Shown here: piece by piece, positions 29,473 through 40,074 of the stretch
How positions within the stretch are numbered: position 1 is the first letter of the stretch
Layout of the letters: every line of letters begins with the position of its first letter
Assembly: GCA_050944435.1 (NCBI GenBank)
Contig: JBMNRB010000005.1
Location: 17,636-81,635, forward strand
DNA from: Ruminococcus sp.
GTDB taxonomy: Bacteria > Bacillota > Clostridia > Lachnospirales > Lachnospiraceae
Direction of reading: 5' to 3'
Length of the DNA: 64,000 nucleotides
Made by a program: the position numbers and the translations under genes
The notes under the pieces: model-generated
The model's database searches: none
Told to the model about the DNA's origin: nothing
Seen by the model: only the letters and a program-made list of their open reading frames with translations

Positions 29473-29590
29473 GGAAATTTAACAGAATTGTAATTGTATC
29501 TTTCAAATTTGTGCGTTATGCTAATAGGGCGGGATGATAAAAGATATAAAGCATAAGTAATAAGGGTTATCAGGGGAAGAATGATTTACA

Positions 29591-30826
29591 ATGGATGAAA
29601 GACAGAGAAGACTTAGGATAGAGCGCATGAAGCGCGAAAAGGAAAGACAGCTTCGCAGACGCCGAAGGCAGAAAATGATACTGAAAAGATGCCTGATGGT
29701 CGCAGCCTGCGTAGCGGTGGTGCTGCTTTGCATTTCAGCCGTATGGGCTATTATCAGACCTTCCGGAAAAGAGGAAGAGAACCAGGCTGAACAAGTGGTG
29801 GAAGTAGAAGCGGCAGAAGAGGAAAAGGAGGCGGAGCCGATGGCTGCGGCCACGCCGGAGCCAACGGAAGCAGAAGAACAGACGGACAGCGAGGAGACCC
29901 AGGAACAGACAGCGGAAACCAATGCAGACGCAGCGGCCAGGAAGGAGACGATTAAAACCGGTACAGAGTTAAAGTATGCGGTGCCGGGCTGGCAGGTGGA
30001 CGATACCGGCTGGTGGTATGCCAATGAAGATGGTACATATTATACTAACGGCTGGCAGGAGATAGACGGCCAGGAATACTATTTTAATTCTGAAGGCTAT
30101 ATGCAGACAGGCTGGGCGGTGATTGGCAACAAAGGATGTTATTTTTCTGAAGAAGGCATTTATGATCCGGATAAAGAATCCAAAATGGTTGCGCTGACCT
30201 TTGATGACGGACCGGGAGACCATACGGACGAACTTCTGGATATCCTGGAAGCAAATGGAGCAAAGGCCACTTTCTTCATGCTGGGGGAAAATGTGGCGGA
30301 AAAGGGCGCGGATGTAATTCCAAGAATGATTGAACTGGGCTGTGAGCTGGGAAATCATTCCTATGACCATCCAAATCTGAAAGAGTTGGACGAAGCGGGA
30401 ATAAAGGATCAGTTTGACCGGACGGATCAGGAGATCGCAAAGATTAGCGGCGGCCAGGTGGCGACCTTGGCAAGAACACCCTTTGGATCGCAGGATGAGA
30501 CTATCACCGGTTATATTGGGAAACCGTGCATTTACTGGAGTCTGGATACTCTGGATTGGCAGACAAAAGATGTGGATTCTAATATCTCGGCAGTATTGGA
30601 TAATGTAGAAGATGGAGAGATCATACTGATGCATGATATCTGGCCTACGACCGTGGAATCCTGCAAAACGATTATCCCGGCGCTGGTGAAAGAAGGATAT
30701 CAGCTGGTGACGGTCAGCGAGCTTGCAAAGGCCAAGGGCGTTAACATGGAAAATGGCGTGACTTATTATGATTTTTATTCATCGGAGGAAGCTACATCCG
30801 GCGGTGCCGATGAAGCAGAAGAATAG
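29591..30826 (+). CDS. Membrane-anchored polysaccharide (peptidoglycan) deacetylase with cell-wall-binding repeats
   Basis: TFDDGP, HSYDHP, LMHD NodB motifs; 'GWQEIDGQEYYFNSEGYMQTGW' repeats; N-terminal TM. Confidence 0.9.
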   Translation: MDERQRRLRIERMKREKERQLRRRRRQKMILKRCLMVAACVAVVLLCISAVWAIIRPSGKEEENQAEQVVEVEAAEEEKEAEPMAAATPEPTEAEEQTDSEETQEQTAETNADAAARKETIKTGTELKYAVPGWQVDDTGWWYANEDGTYYTNGWQEIDGQEYYFNSEGYMQTGWAVIGNKGCYFSEEGIYDPDKESKMVALTFDDGPGDHTDELLDILEANGAKATFFMLGENVAEKGADVIPRMIELGCELGNHSYDHPNLKELDEAGIKDQFDRTDQEIAKISGGQVATLARTPFGSQDETITGYIGKPCIYWSLDTLDWQTKDVDSNISAVLDNVEDGEIILMHDIWPTTVESCKTIIPALVKEGYQLVTVSELAKAKGVNMENGVTYYDFYSSEEATSGGADEAEE

Positions 30827-30881
30827 AAGTGAAAAAGGCGGGAAAGCGTTAGGCTTTCCTGCCTTTTTAATTCCGGGGAAT

Positions 30882-32711
30882 CTATTTATTCATGCTTTCT
30901 CTTTTTCTCAGGCGGGCATCCAGTATCTTTTTACGAATACGCAGACTTTTGGGTGTAACTTCCAGAAGTTCATCTTTGTCGATAAATTCCAGAGCCTGTT
31001 CCAGACTGAGAATTTTTGGAGGCGTCAGTTTCAGCGCCTCGTCAGCAGAAGAAGAGCGGGTGTTGGTCAGATGTTTGGTTTTGCAGACATTCAGTTCGAT
31101 ATCTTCCGCTTTTCCGTTCTGGCCGATTACCATGCCGGCATATACCTTTTCACCCGGACCGATAAATAAAGTTCCGCGATCTTGAGCGGAAAAAAGCCCA
31201 TAGGTAACAGATTCTCCCGATTCAAAGGCGATCAGAGAACCCTGCTTTCTGTACTGGATATCTCCCTTGTAAGATCCATACCCGTCAAACACAGTGTTCA
31301 TGATTCCGTTTCCTTTGGTAGTCGTCATGAATTCTCCACGATATCCGATTAAACCGCGGGCCGGAATGGAGAATTCCAAGCGGGTGGAACCGTCCCCGGC
31401 CAGGCTCATGCCCTGGAGTTCGCCCTTGCGCTCGCTGAGTTTTTGGATGACAGAACCGGAAAATTCTTCCGGAACATCGATATAAGCGATTTCCATTGGT
31501 TCCAGCAGCCGGTCCCTTTCATCCTTTTTATAAAGCACTTCTGCTTTGCTCACCGCAAATTCGTATCCTTCCCGGCGCATATTTTCAATTAATACAGACA
31601 GATGGAGCTCCCCGCGGCCAGATACTTTGAAACAATCCGGAGAATCGGTATCTTCCACTCTAAGACTGACATCGGTGTTCAGTTCACGCATCAGCCGGTC
31701 TCTTAAATGGCGGGAAGTGACATATTTTCCTTCCTGACCGGCCAGAGGACTGTCATTGACCATAAACTGCATGGCGATGGTAGGCTCGGAAATTTTCTGG
31801 AAGGGGATCGGTTCCGGATGATCCACATCGCAGAGGGTATCGCCGATATGAATATCACTGATGCCGGAGATGGCCACGATGGAACCGATGGACGCCTCAC
31901 GAACCTCTATTTTGTTCAAACCGTCGAATTCGTAGAGTTTGCTGATTTTAACTTTTTTCTTTTTGTCCGGTTCATGGTGATTGACCAGCATAACCTCCTG
32001 GTTTACCGCAATTTTGCCGTTATCCACTTTTCCGACGCCGATACGTCCCACGTATTCGTTATAGTCGATGGTGCTGATCAACAGCTGTGTGCCGGCTTCG
32101 GGATCGCCTTCCGGCGCCGGGATATGACTTAAAATTGTTTCAAACAGAGGCTTCATTCCCTCCGGCTTGTCAGCCAGATCTGCGACGGCATATCCGGCTT
32201 TCGCGGAGGCGTAGACAAAGGGGCAGTCCAGCTGGCGGTCAGAGGCATCCAGATCCATTAAAAGTTCCAGAACTTCATCCACCACTTCTTCCGGGCGGGC
32301 CTCTGGCCGGTCGATTTTATTGATGCATACAATAACATCCAGATCCAGATCCAGGGCTTTGCGCAGTACAAATTTTGTCTGAGGCATGGGGCCTTCGAAG
32401 GCGTCTACCACCAGAATAACTCCGTTTACCATTTTAAGGACACGTTCCACCTCGCCGCCAAAGTCAGCGTGACCGGGCGTGTCAATAATATTGATTTTTA
32501 CATTGTTGTAGGTGACGGCGGTATTTTTGGAAAGAATGGTAATTCCCCGTTCTCGTTCAATATCGTTGGAGTCCATGACCCTTTCCTGTATTTCCTGGTT
32601 TTCCCGGAAGACCCCGCTTTGTTTTAATAATTCATCCACCAGAGTCGTTTTGCCGTGATCGACATGGGCAATGATGGCTACGTTTCTGACATCCTCTCTT
32701 TTTATTTTCAT
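30882..32711 (-). CDS. typA: Translational GTPase TypA/BipA
   Basis: AHVDHGKTT, ERERGITI, DTPGHADFGGEVER, GRGELHL. Confidence 0.97.
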   Translation of the reverse strand: MKIKREDVRNVAIIAHVDHGKTTLVDELLKQSGVFRENQEIQERVMDSNDIERERGITILSKNTAVTYNNVKINIIDTPGHADFGGEVERVLKMVNGVILVVDAFEGPMPQTKFVLRKALDLDLDVIVCINKIDRPEARPEEVVDEVLELLMDLDASDRQLDCPFVYASAKAGYAVADLADKPEGMKPLFETILSHIPAPEGDPEAGTQLLISTIDYNEYVGRIGVGKVDNGKIAVNQEVMLVNHHEPDKKKKVKISKLYEFDGLNKIEVREASIGSIVAISGISDIHIGDTLCDVDHPEPIPFQKISEPTIAMQFMVNDSPLAGQEGKYVTSRHLRDRLMRELNTDVSLRVEDTDSPDCFKVSGRGELHLSVLIENMRREGYEFAVSKAEVLYKKDERDRLLEPMEIAYIDVPEEFSGSVIQKLSERKGELQGMSLAGDGSTRLEFSIPARGLIGYRGEFMTTTKGNGIMNTVFDGYGSYKGDIQYRKQGSLIAFESGESVTYGLFSAQDRGTLFIGPGEKVYAGMVIGQNGKAEDIELNVCKTKHLTNTRSSSADEALKLTPPKILSLEQALEFIDKDELLEVTPKSLRIRKKILDARLRKRESMNK

Positions 32712-32880
32712 GGTAATATCCTTTCTCATCTCAGGGTAAATCTAACGATACAAGTCTACCACATTTTTCCGGGAATACAAGGGATTCTAAAAATAAAAAA
32801 ATTTTTGTTCTAAAAAACGGCGGGGAAGAATACATATGATATAGACAAAATACAACGAAGAGGAAGGGGTACTATCATTC

Positions 32881-33507
32881 ATGGCAGATAAGATTATTGA
32901 AAACAATCAGGTAGCAATTATGGGAAAGATCGCATCGCAGTTTACATTCAGTCATCAGGTCTTCGGAGAAGGGTTTTATCTGATCGACGTTCTTGTAAAA
33001 AGGCTGAGCGAATCGGAAGACCGGATTCCAGTCATGGTATCAGAAAGGCTTGTGGATGTGACACAGGATTATGAGGGAGAATATATTCAAGTCTTCGGTC
33101 AGTTTCGTTCCTATAACCGGCATGAGGAGAAGAAAAACCGGCTGGTGCTTTCTGTATTCGCAAGAGAGATCAGCTTTGTGGAAGAGGAAGATGAATCGAT
33201 GAAATCGAATCAGATATTCCTCGACGGTTACATATGTAAACCGCCGGTTTATCGAAAAACTCCTCTGGGCAGAGAGATTGCAGATCTTCTTATTGCAGTT
33301 AACCGTCCCTATGGGAAATCGGATTACATTCCCTGCATCTGCTGGGGAAGAAATGCGCGCTATGCGTCTGCTTTTCAGGTTGGCGGGCATGTTCTGATCT
33401 GGGGCAGAATTCAGAGCAGAGAATACATGAAAAAGCTGAGTGAAAACGAGACGGAGAAAAGGACGGCTTATGAGGTTTCCGTCAGCAAACTGGAGTATAT
33501 TGACTGA
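32881..33507 (+). CDS. ssb: Clostridial double-OB-fold single-stranded DNA-binding protein
   Basis: Two OB folds; 'RKTPLGREIADLLIAVNRPYGKSDYIPCICWGRNA'. Confidence 0.88.
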   Translation: MADKIIENNQVAIMGKIASQFTFSHQVFGEGFYLIDVLVKRLSESEDRIPVMVSERLVDVTQDYEGEYIQVFGQFRSYNRHEEKKNRLVLSVFAREISFVEEEDESMKSNQIFLDGYICKPPVYRKTPLGREIADLLIAVNRPYGKSDYIPCICWGRNARYASAFQVGGHVLIWGRIQSREYMKKLSENETEKRTAYEVSVSKLEYID

Positions 33508-33570
33508 GGTTTTTCAAAGAATTATGCAGTGAAAAAACCGGGGCTTTTTGCCCCGGTTTTTTATGCGCTC

Positions 33571-34314
33571 TCAATGTCCGTGAGGAATCTGATCCAGCTT
33601 TCCTTTTTCACCTTTTAAATCTGCATACAGAAGATCGATCAGAACGATGACAAGGGGAATGAGGGAAATCCAGATTGCTTTTCCCAAAAGCAAATTACAC
33701 AAAACAGTGGAAATCACCCCGCCCAGTACAAAAGTTGCCAGCATACCCAGGTGAATCAGCATTCTGCGGATGTATGCCTTATTCTCATCGTGATGCCGGA
33801 GGGCTTTGCAGATGGCGATTCCTACCTGACGGATATGATTGGTACAGAAGGTGGTGGCCATGGGAATACCTTCTGCCTGCCGGAAAGTGTTATACTGCAT
33901 GGAACAGATCAGATTAATTAAAACCTGGGTGATCTGAACCGGAGCGCTTTCCGGAAGAAAGCCGAGAAAGAGAATCACAATAATTTCAATGATTACCAGC
34001 AGAGTATCCCAGCGAAGCAGATTGAATCGTTTGATCTGACTGGCAGCGGCTTCGGAGATAAAAGCTCCCATACAGTAGGCTGAAATGGGGATGATATAGT
34101 AAAGTGCATGAAACCAGTTGCCATTTCCCAGCGCCATTGCCAGCAGGACGAAATTTCCGGTTTGGGCGTTGCAGAATACGCCGCCTCTGATGGAATAGGT
34201 AAAGGCGCCAAGATAACCGCCCACCAACATCATCATGATGAAGACAAGCCAGCGTTCGCAGGCCAGATATTCTTCCGGCTGGGCGCTGCCGTTTTGAGGA
34301 GTGTTCATATTCAT
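33571..34314 (-). CDS. YoaK/DUF1275 family membrane protein
   Basis: 'GGVFCNAQTGNF', 'MATTFCTNHIRQ'. Confidence 0.85.
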   Translation of the reverse strand: MNMNTPQNGSAQPEEYLACERWLVFIMMMLVGGYLGAFTYSIRGGVFCNAQTGNFVLLAMALGNGNWFHALYYIIPISAYCMGAFISEAAASQIKRFNLLRWDTLLVIIEIIVILFLGFLPESAPVQITQVLINLICSMQYNTFRQAEGIPMATTFCTNHIRQVGIAICKALRHHDENKAYIRRMLIHLGMLATFVLGGVISTVLCNLLLGKAIWISLIPLVIVLIDLLYADLKGEKGKLDQIPHGH

Positions 34315-34452
34315 CAGTCCTTTCCGGGGATAATTATATCAGTTTTTTCTGCAAATACAATAGTCTGAAAGAAGACCGGCGGTATTATGGGGGGCAAAAC
34401 GGTTGACAAGGATGGGGAATGGTGCTAAAGTTATTTTAACAAAACGATGAAA

Positions 34453-34616
34453 AGATAGAGGTTGCATGGTTCATTAGTACTTTGCCGGATGCTTCGGGAG
34501 CAGGAGAAAGTGAAGGAAAGGGAAGCGTGCCGAAAGGATTCAGTGCCGAAGACTGTATTCTTGGGCATATGGTGAATAATCATATGACTGTCATCAAAGG
34601 GGATGGAGCGCTATCT
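34453..34616 (+). ncRNA. Lysine riboswitch
   Basis: P1 AGATAG/CTATCT; AGAGGTTGC...ATTAGTA...GAAAGGGAAGCGTGCCGAA...CTGTCATC...GATGGAGCGCT core; upstream TTGACA-17-TAAAGT promoter; downstream terminator; precedes dapA. Confidence 0.92.
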
Positions 34617-34716
34617 GAAGCAGAACGTGTAGTGAAAATCAGTTACTATATGGATCCTTTGGAGGCGGACGATACGTACGCCTCTTCTTTTCGTTTAATT
34701 TCAGGAGGAAACGAAT

Positions 34717-35610
34717 ATGGCAATTTTTAAAGGAGCCGGAGTAGCCCTGGTTACTCCCATGCATGAAGACCTGTCAATCAATTATGAAAAGCTGGATGAA
34801 CTTTTGGAAGAGCAGATTGCGGCGGGAACCGATTCCATTATTATCTGCGGAACCACGGGAGAGTCCGCCACCCTTTCCGAAGAGGAGCATCTGGAGGCAA
34901 TTAAATTCACCATCGAGAGAGTGAAGGGAAGAATTCCTGTAATTGCCGGAACAGGATCAAACTCTACTTACACAGCGGTGGAGATGTCAAAAGACGCGGC
35001 CGAGAGCGGCGCGGACGGACTTCTGATTGTAACTCCCTACTATAATAAAGGGACGCAGAACGGTCTGATCAAACATTATACGACTATCGCCGATGCAGTG
35101 GACAAACCAATTATCATGTATAATGTTCCCAGCAGAACGGGATGCAATCTTCTGCCGCCTGCAGTGGCTGAATTGTTTAAAAATGTGGAAAATATTGTGG
35201 GAATCAAAGAGGCAACGGGAAATATTTCTCAGGTTGCGAAGGTAATGGAACTGACGGAGGGAAAAATTGATCTTTACTCCGGAAATGACGACCAGATTGT
35301 ACCGCTTCTGTCTCTGGGAGGCATCGGTGTAATCTCCGTGCTTTCCAACGTGGCGCCCAAAGAAAGCCATGAGATCGTGATGAAGTTTTTGGAGGGCGAT
35401 ATTGCAGGAAGCCGGGAACTGCAGCTGAAAGCTTTAGATCTCATTGACGCGCTGTTCTGTGAAGTAAACCCCATTCCGGTAAAAGCGGCGCTGAATCTGA
35501 TGGGCAAGGAAGTTGGACCGTTGAGGGGACCGCTGACAGAGATGGAGCCTCAGAATCAGGAGCGGCTGGCCAAAGCCATGAGAGAATTCGGAATACCGGT
35601 AGTGAAATAG
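34717..35610 (+). CDS. dapA: 4-hydroxy-tetrahydrodipicolinate synthase
   Basis: GTTGES, TPYYNK, YNVPSRTG, GIKEA, NPIPVK. Confidence 0.96.
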   Translation: MAIFKGAGVALVTPMHEDLSINYEKLDELLEEQIAAGTDSIIICGTTGESATLSEEEHLEAIKFTIERVKGRIPVIAGTGSNSTYTAVEMSKDAAESGADGLLIVTPYYNKGTQNGLIKHYTTIADAVDKPIIMYNVPSRTGCNLLPPAVAELFKNVENIVGIKEATGNISQVAKVMELTEGKIDLYSGNDDQIVPLLSLGGIGVISVLSNVAPKESHEIVMKFLEGDIAGSRELQLKALDLIDALFCEVNPIPVKAALNLMGKEVGPLRGPLTEMEPQNQERLAKAMREFGIPVVK

Positions 35611-35622
35611 GAGGGAAAGATC

Positions 35623-36384
35623 ATGGTCAAAATCATTATGCATGGGTGCAATGGTCATATGGGGCAGGTGATTTCCCAGTTGGTGAAAGAAGATGAGGAC
35701 GCACAGATTGTGGCAGGCATCGATATTGCAGATACAAGGGATAATGGATATCCTGTGTATACCGATTTGGAAAAATGTGATGTGGAAGCGGACGCAATTA
35801 TTGATTTCTCCACAGCTTCTGCAGTTGACGCTATTTTGGACTACAGCGTAAAACGGAAAATCCCTATTGTGCTGTGCACCACAGGGTTATCCCAGGAGCA
35901 GCTTGCCAAAGTTGAGGAGGCGGCAAAGGAAACGGCGGTGCTGAAATCTGCCAATATGTCCATGGGAATCAATCTTCTGCTGAAACTTCTGCAGGATGCG
36001 GCCAAGGTGCTGGCTCCGGCAGGGTTTGATATGGAGATTGTAGAGCGCCATCACAAATTAAAAGTGGACGCGCCCAGCGGGACTGCGCTGGCCCTTGCCG
36101 ACAGTTTAAACGAGGCCCTTGACAATAAATATGAATATAAATATGACAGAAGCCAGGAACGCAAAAAACGTGACCCGATGGAAATCGGAATTTCTGCTGT
36201 CCGCGGCGGTACGATCGTAGGTGATCATGAAGTGATTTTCGCCGGAGCAGACGAAGTCATTGAATTTAAGCACACTGCCTATTCAAAGGCTGTTTTCGGC
36301 AAAGGCGCAGTGCAGGCTGCAAAATTTTTAAAAGGCAAAGGCCCGGGCCGTTATGATATGAGCGATGTAATTGCAGATGCATAA
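35623..36384 (+). CDS. dapB: 4-hydroxy-tetrahydrodipicolinate reductase
   Basis: GCNGHMG, EIVERHHKLKVDAPSGTA, RGGTIVGDH. Confidence 0.96.
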   Translation: MVKIIMHGCNGHMGQVISQLVKEDEDAQIVAGIDIADTRDNGYPVYTDLEKCDVEADAIIDFSTASAVDAILDYSVKRKIPIVLCTTGLSQEQLAKVEEAAKETAVLKSANMSMGINLLLKLLQDAAKVLAPAGFDMEIVERHHKLKVDAPSGTALALADSLNEALDNKYEYKYDRSQERKKRDPMEIGISAVRGGTIVGDHEVIFAGADEVIEFKHTAYSKAVFGKGAVQAAKFLKGKGPGRYDMSDVIADA

Positions 36385-36469
36385 AAGTTTATGCCTTTTT
36401 GTATAAATTCCAACGGATGCGTGTATATTAATATCATCGAAATCTGAAAAGAGAAAAGGAGACGATATT

Positions 36470-36841
36470 ATGAGAGCTATGAAGAAGTGGATGTTGGGAT
36501 TTATGCTGGCTGTTACGGTATGTTTCATGGCAGGATGCGGCGACAATGCCGCAACGGACAACAATACCAACAATCAGCAGGAAAATACGAATGATGGAAA
36601 CGTGAATGACGGGGTCAATGACGGAAATGTAAATGACGTTACCAATGGTACCAATGATACAGATACAACGGATGACAGGGATAATATCGTGGAGGATGCC
36701 GGAGAAGGAATTGAAGATCTGGGACAAGGCGTAGAAGATCTGGGACAGGATGCCCAGGATAATACAGACAACGGGACGACGGACAATGCAGAAGAAGATA
36801 CAGCCGGCGATACATCAAAGAATACCGATAAAAATCCGTAA
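36470..36841 (+). CDS. Small acidic low-complexity lipoprotein
   Basis: Lipobox MAGC; Asn/Asp/Thr-rich; EDLGQ repeats. Confidence 0.75.
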   Translation: MRAMKKWMLGFMLAVTVCFMAGCGDNAATDNNTNNQQENTNDGNVNDGVNDGNVNDVTNGTNDTDTTDDRDNIVEDAGEGIEDLGQGVEDLGQDAQDNTDNGTTDNAEEDTAGDTSKNTDKNP

Positions 36842-36912
36842 AAATTAAAGGTAAAGGAAACTGCCATTGTCAGAGACGATGGCAGTATTTTTTTAGACAA
36901 TAGGAGGGAGCT

Positions 36913-37698
36913 ATGCGTTTTCGACCGTGCATCGATATACATAACGGAAAAGTAAAACAGATTGTAGGCGGAAGTTTAAAAGACGTATCAAATCAGGCAG
37001 AGGAAAATTTTGTATCGGAACAGGACGGGGCGTTCTATGCCAGATTGTATCAAAGTCAGGGGATAAAAGGGGGCCATGTGATTCTGCTGAATCCAGAAGG
37101 ATCTTCCTATTATAAGGAAACAAAGGAACAGGCCATGAAGGCTCTGGCTGCATACCCAAAGGGACTGCAGGCAGGCGGAGGCATCTGTCCGGAGAATGCC
37201 GGTGAATTTCTGGAAGCGGGAGCCAGTCATGTGATTGTAACCTCTTATGTTTTCAAAGACGGAAAGATTTCCTGGGAGAATCTGCAAAAAATGGTTGATG
37301 CGGTGGGAAAAGAGCGTCTGGTGTTGGATTTGAGCTGCCGGAAAAGGGAAGGCTGCTATTTTATTGTGACAGACCGCTGGCAGAAATTTACAGATGTGAC
37401 CTTAAGTCCCTCGCTGTTGGATCAATTGTCCGATCTGTGTGATGAATTCCTGGTTCACGCTGTGGATGTGGAAGGAAAAGCTTCCGGGGTGGATGAAGAA
37501 CTGGTGAAAATGCTGCAGGAACATAGGAAAAATCCCATCACCTATGCCGGAGGGGTGGGATCCTACGAAGATTTATACTGTCTGCGGGAAGCAGGCAGGG
37601 GCAGGATTGACGTTACGGTGGGAAGCGCTCTTGATTTATTCGGAGGAACGTTAAAATATGATCGCATTTTAAAGATATGCGGAAATTCTGTGTACTGA
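36913..37698 (+). CDS. hisA: Phosphoribosylformimino-5-aminoimidazole carboxamide ribotide isomerase (His6-like type)
   Basis: 'FRPCIDIHNGKVKQIVGG', 'LVLDLSC', 'FLVHAVDVEG', 'TVGSALDLFGG'. Confidence 0.9.
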   Translation: MRFRPCIDIHNGKVKQIVGGSLKDVSNQAEENFVSEQDGAFYARLYQSQGIKGGHVILLNPEGSSYYKETKEQAMKALAAYPKGLQAGGGICPENAGEFLEAGASHVIVTSYVFKDGKISWENLQKMVDAVGKERLVLDLSCRKREGCYFIVTDRWQKFTDVTLSPSLLDQLSDLCDEFLVHAVDVEGKASGVDEELVKMLQEHRKNPITYAGGVGSYEDLYCLREAGRGRIDVTVGSALDLFGGTLKYDRILKICGNSVY

Positions 37699-37855
37699 TC
37701 TTACATTTGATGTAGATTTTACATGGATTACATGTTTCTCACGGAAATTTTGTGTAAAATAAGAGGTGGAAACTGTGCAGATGAATAAAAATAGCACAGC
37801 CGTATCATCATTGGAAGCGGCAATATGTTTTTATCCGGAAGGAAGAAAGTGAGAA

Positions 37856-38752
37856 ATGAGTAGAAAATCTACAGGCGGTAATTTTTTATTTGAAGTTCGT
37901 TCCAGGTACAAAGAGTTGCGTCCCTCAGAGCAGAAAACGGCGGACGTCATTCTGGAAAATAATGAAGAGATGGTGAATTGGTCCATTGAGGAGCTGGCCA
38001 GAAAGGCCGGAGTCAGTCAGCCCACCATTATTCGTTTTGCAAAAGCCATGGGACTTGGGGGATACCGGGAACTGAAAAACAGAATGTTGGAAGAACGGGT
38101 GCAAAGGCAGCATTTCTCCGCAGCGGAAAATATACTGGAATATCCGGTGAAAAAAGAAGATAAATTGGTGGAAATTCCGGCAAAGGTAATCAGGACAAAT
38201 ATCCGGCACCTGGAGGAAGTGTTAAAAGCAGTATCTACATATGAATACGTCAGGGCCGTGGAAGCTTTGGAAAATGCGGAGAACATTTCCGTGTATGCGG
38301 TGGAAAACTCTTCCTGTACGGCGGAAGATTTTACCACCAAAATGGCTTACATTGGAAAACAGGTCTATTTCAATAAAGACGGCTATATGCAGAAAGTAAA
38401 CGCGAAAAACCTGACGCCCAGGGATGTGGCCATTGGAATTTCCCACACGGGGAAATCTAAGCATACGGTGGAAGCGCTGAAATGTGCGAAAGAATCGGGA
38501 GCAGTGACGATTTCCATCACAAATTTTGAAAAGGCGGTAATCAATAAGTATGCGGATATCGTACTGTGCACGGAGAATTCCCAGTATATGTACGGAAATG
38601 CCATATTTTCCAGGAGCGCTCAGATATCTATAGTGGATATGCTGTATCTTGGGGCATTTCTTACCAATTATGATTACTATGCGGACAGACTGAACAGGAG
38701 CTGGAGCAATATTCAGGATCTTGTGTACGAAAAAGACGATAAAATTCAATAG
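37856..38752 (+). CDS. MurR/RpiR family transcriptional regulator
   Basis: HTH 'SIEELARKAGVSQPTIIRFAK'; SIS domain 'ISHTGKS'. Confidence 0.92.
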   Translation: MSRKSTGGNFLFEVRSRYKELRPSEQKTADVILENNEEMVNWSIEELARKAGVSQPTIIRFAKAMGLGGYRELKNRMLEERVQRQHFSAAENILEYPVKKEDKLVEIPAKVIRTNIRHLEEVLKAVSTYEYVRAVEALENAENISVYAVENSSCTAEDFTTKMAYIGKQVYFNKDGYMQKVNAKNLTPRDVAIGISHTGKSKHTVEALKCAKESGAVTISITNFEKAVINKYADIVLCTENSQYMYGNAIFSRSAQISIVDMLYLGAFLTNYDYYADRLNRSWSNIQDLVYEKDDKIQ

Positions 38753-38904
38753 AGATGTAGAAAAACTACAAAGTGTAAATCACAGGAAGGTAATTTTTTT
38801 AGAAAGAATTTACGTTTCTGTGATTTTTTTTGCAGAAGATTTTTTTTATGATTGTAACTGCGATGAAGCGAGTAGAAAAGTAAAGAAGGAGAGCATGAAA
38901 GAAA

Positions 38905-40059
38905 ATGAAGAAAAAATTTTGTATGGTACTTATCGCAGCTTTGACACTTACGGCTTTTACAGGATGCGGAGGAAACGGTGAGAGCGGTACGGCTCCGGCA
39001 GAGGAAAGCAGTTCTTCCGATACAGCGCAGGAAAGCCAGGAAAGCACAGAGGAAACGGCTGCAGAATCAGAAGGAGAAGAAACTGAGAAAGCAGATTCCG
39101 GAGAAATCACAGTATATACGGCCCTGGAAGACGAACAGGTAAAAGATTATCTGGCGAAATTCAACGAAACCTATCCTGATATTAAAGTAAACGTTGTCAG
39201 AGAATCAACGGGAATCATTACGGCAAAATTGATTGCGGAGAAAGACAATCCCCAGGCGGATGTGGTATGGGGAACGGCAGCTTCCTCCATGATGGTGCTG
39301 GACGATATGAACGCACTGAAACCCTATGAACCGGAGGGATGCGACCGAATTCTGCCTCAGTTTAAATCGGATAAAGAAGTACCCACATGGGTGGGCATCG
39401 ACGCCTGGGAGACAGCTTTTGTAGTCAACACGGCGGAGCTGGAAAAGCTGGGGATGACGGCAGATGAGATTACTTCCTATGAAGATCTGCTTGATCCCAG
39501 ACTGAAAGGGCATATCGTAATGTCCAATCCCAATTCATCAGGAACCGGATTCCTGACCGTATCCGCCATTTTGCAGCTGAAAGGCAAGGATTCCCAGGAA
39601 GGATGGGATTATCTGGATCAGCTCCATGAAAACATCGCTCAGTACGTACATTCCGGATCAAAACCGGCAAAGATGGCTGCGTCTGGAGAATGCGCAGTGG
39701 GAATCAGTTTCGGATACGCAGGTATCAGCCAGCAGGAGAAGGGAGCTCCGGTGGAAGTTATTTTCCCGGAAGAGGGTTCCGGATGGGATCTGGAGGCCAA
39801 CGCTTTGATTGACAAAGAAGAAATCAATCCGGCTGCTTATACTTTCCTGGATTGGGCCATTTCTGATGAGGCAATGGATTTGTACCGGGTAAATTACCCC
39901 ATTGTCACCGTAGAGAATACGGGAACCTATGAAGGATATGAAGGAAATCCGCTGGATCAGCTGATTGAAAATGATTTCTCATGGGCAGCCCAGAACCGGG
40001 AAGATATCTTAAATCAGTGGATGGAAAAATATGATGGAAAATCAGAAGCAGAAGAATAG
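38905..40059 (+). CDS. ABC transporter substrate-binding lipoprotein, putative 2-aminoethylphosphonate/Fe3+-type
   Basis: Lipobox FTGC; 'TVYTALE', '[11 protein letters not shown]', 'NPQADVVWG', 'PNSSGTG', '[11 protein letters not shown]'. Confidence 0.85.
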   Translation: MKKKFCMVLIAALTLTAFTGCGGNGESGTAPAEESSSSDTAQESQESTEETAAESEGEETEKADSGEITVYTALEDEQVKDYLAKFNETYPDIKVNVVRESTGIITAKLIAEKDNPQADVVWGTAASSMMVLDDMNALKPYEPEGCDRILPQFKSDKEVPTWVGIDAWETAFVVNTAELEKLGMTADEITSYEDLLDPRLKGHIVMSNPNSSGTGFLTVSAILQLKGKDSQEGWDYLDQLHENIAQYVHSGSKPAKMAASGECAVGISFGYAGISQQEKGAPVEVIFPEEGSGWDLEANALIDKEEINPAAYTFLDWAISDEAMDLYRVNYPIVTVENTGTYEGYEGNPLDQLIENDFSWAAQNREDILNQWMEKYDGKSEAEE

Positions 40060-40074
40060 AAAGGAGTTTGTCAG

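Noticed and set aside
29591-30826. Deacetylase as part of, or an effector of, the T7SS locus
   Set aside because: It has an N-terminal TM anchor, a likely promoter of its own and a common housekeeping architecture, with no LXG or WXG domain.
34482-34730. 82-aa ORF before dapA
   Set aside because: Overlaps the lysine riboswitch and its terminator; starts at TTG with no RBS.
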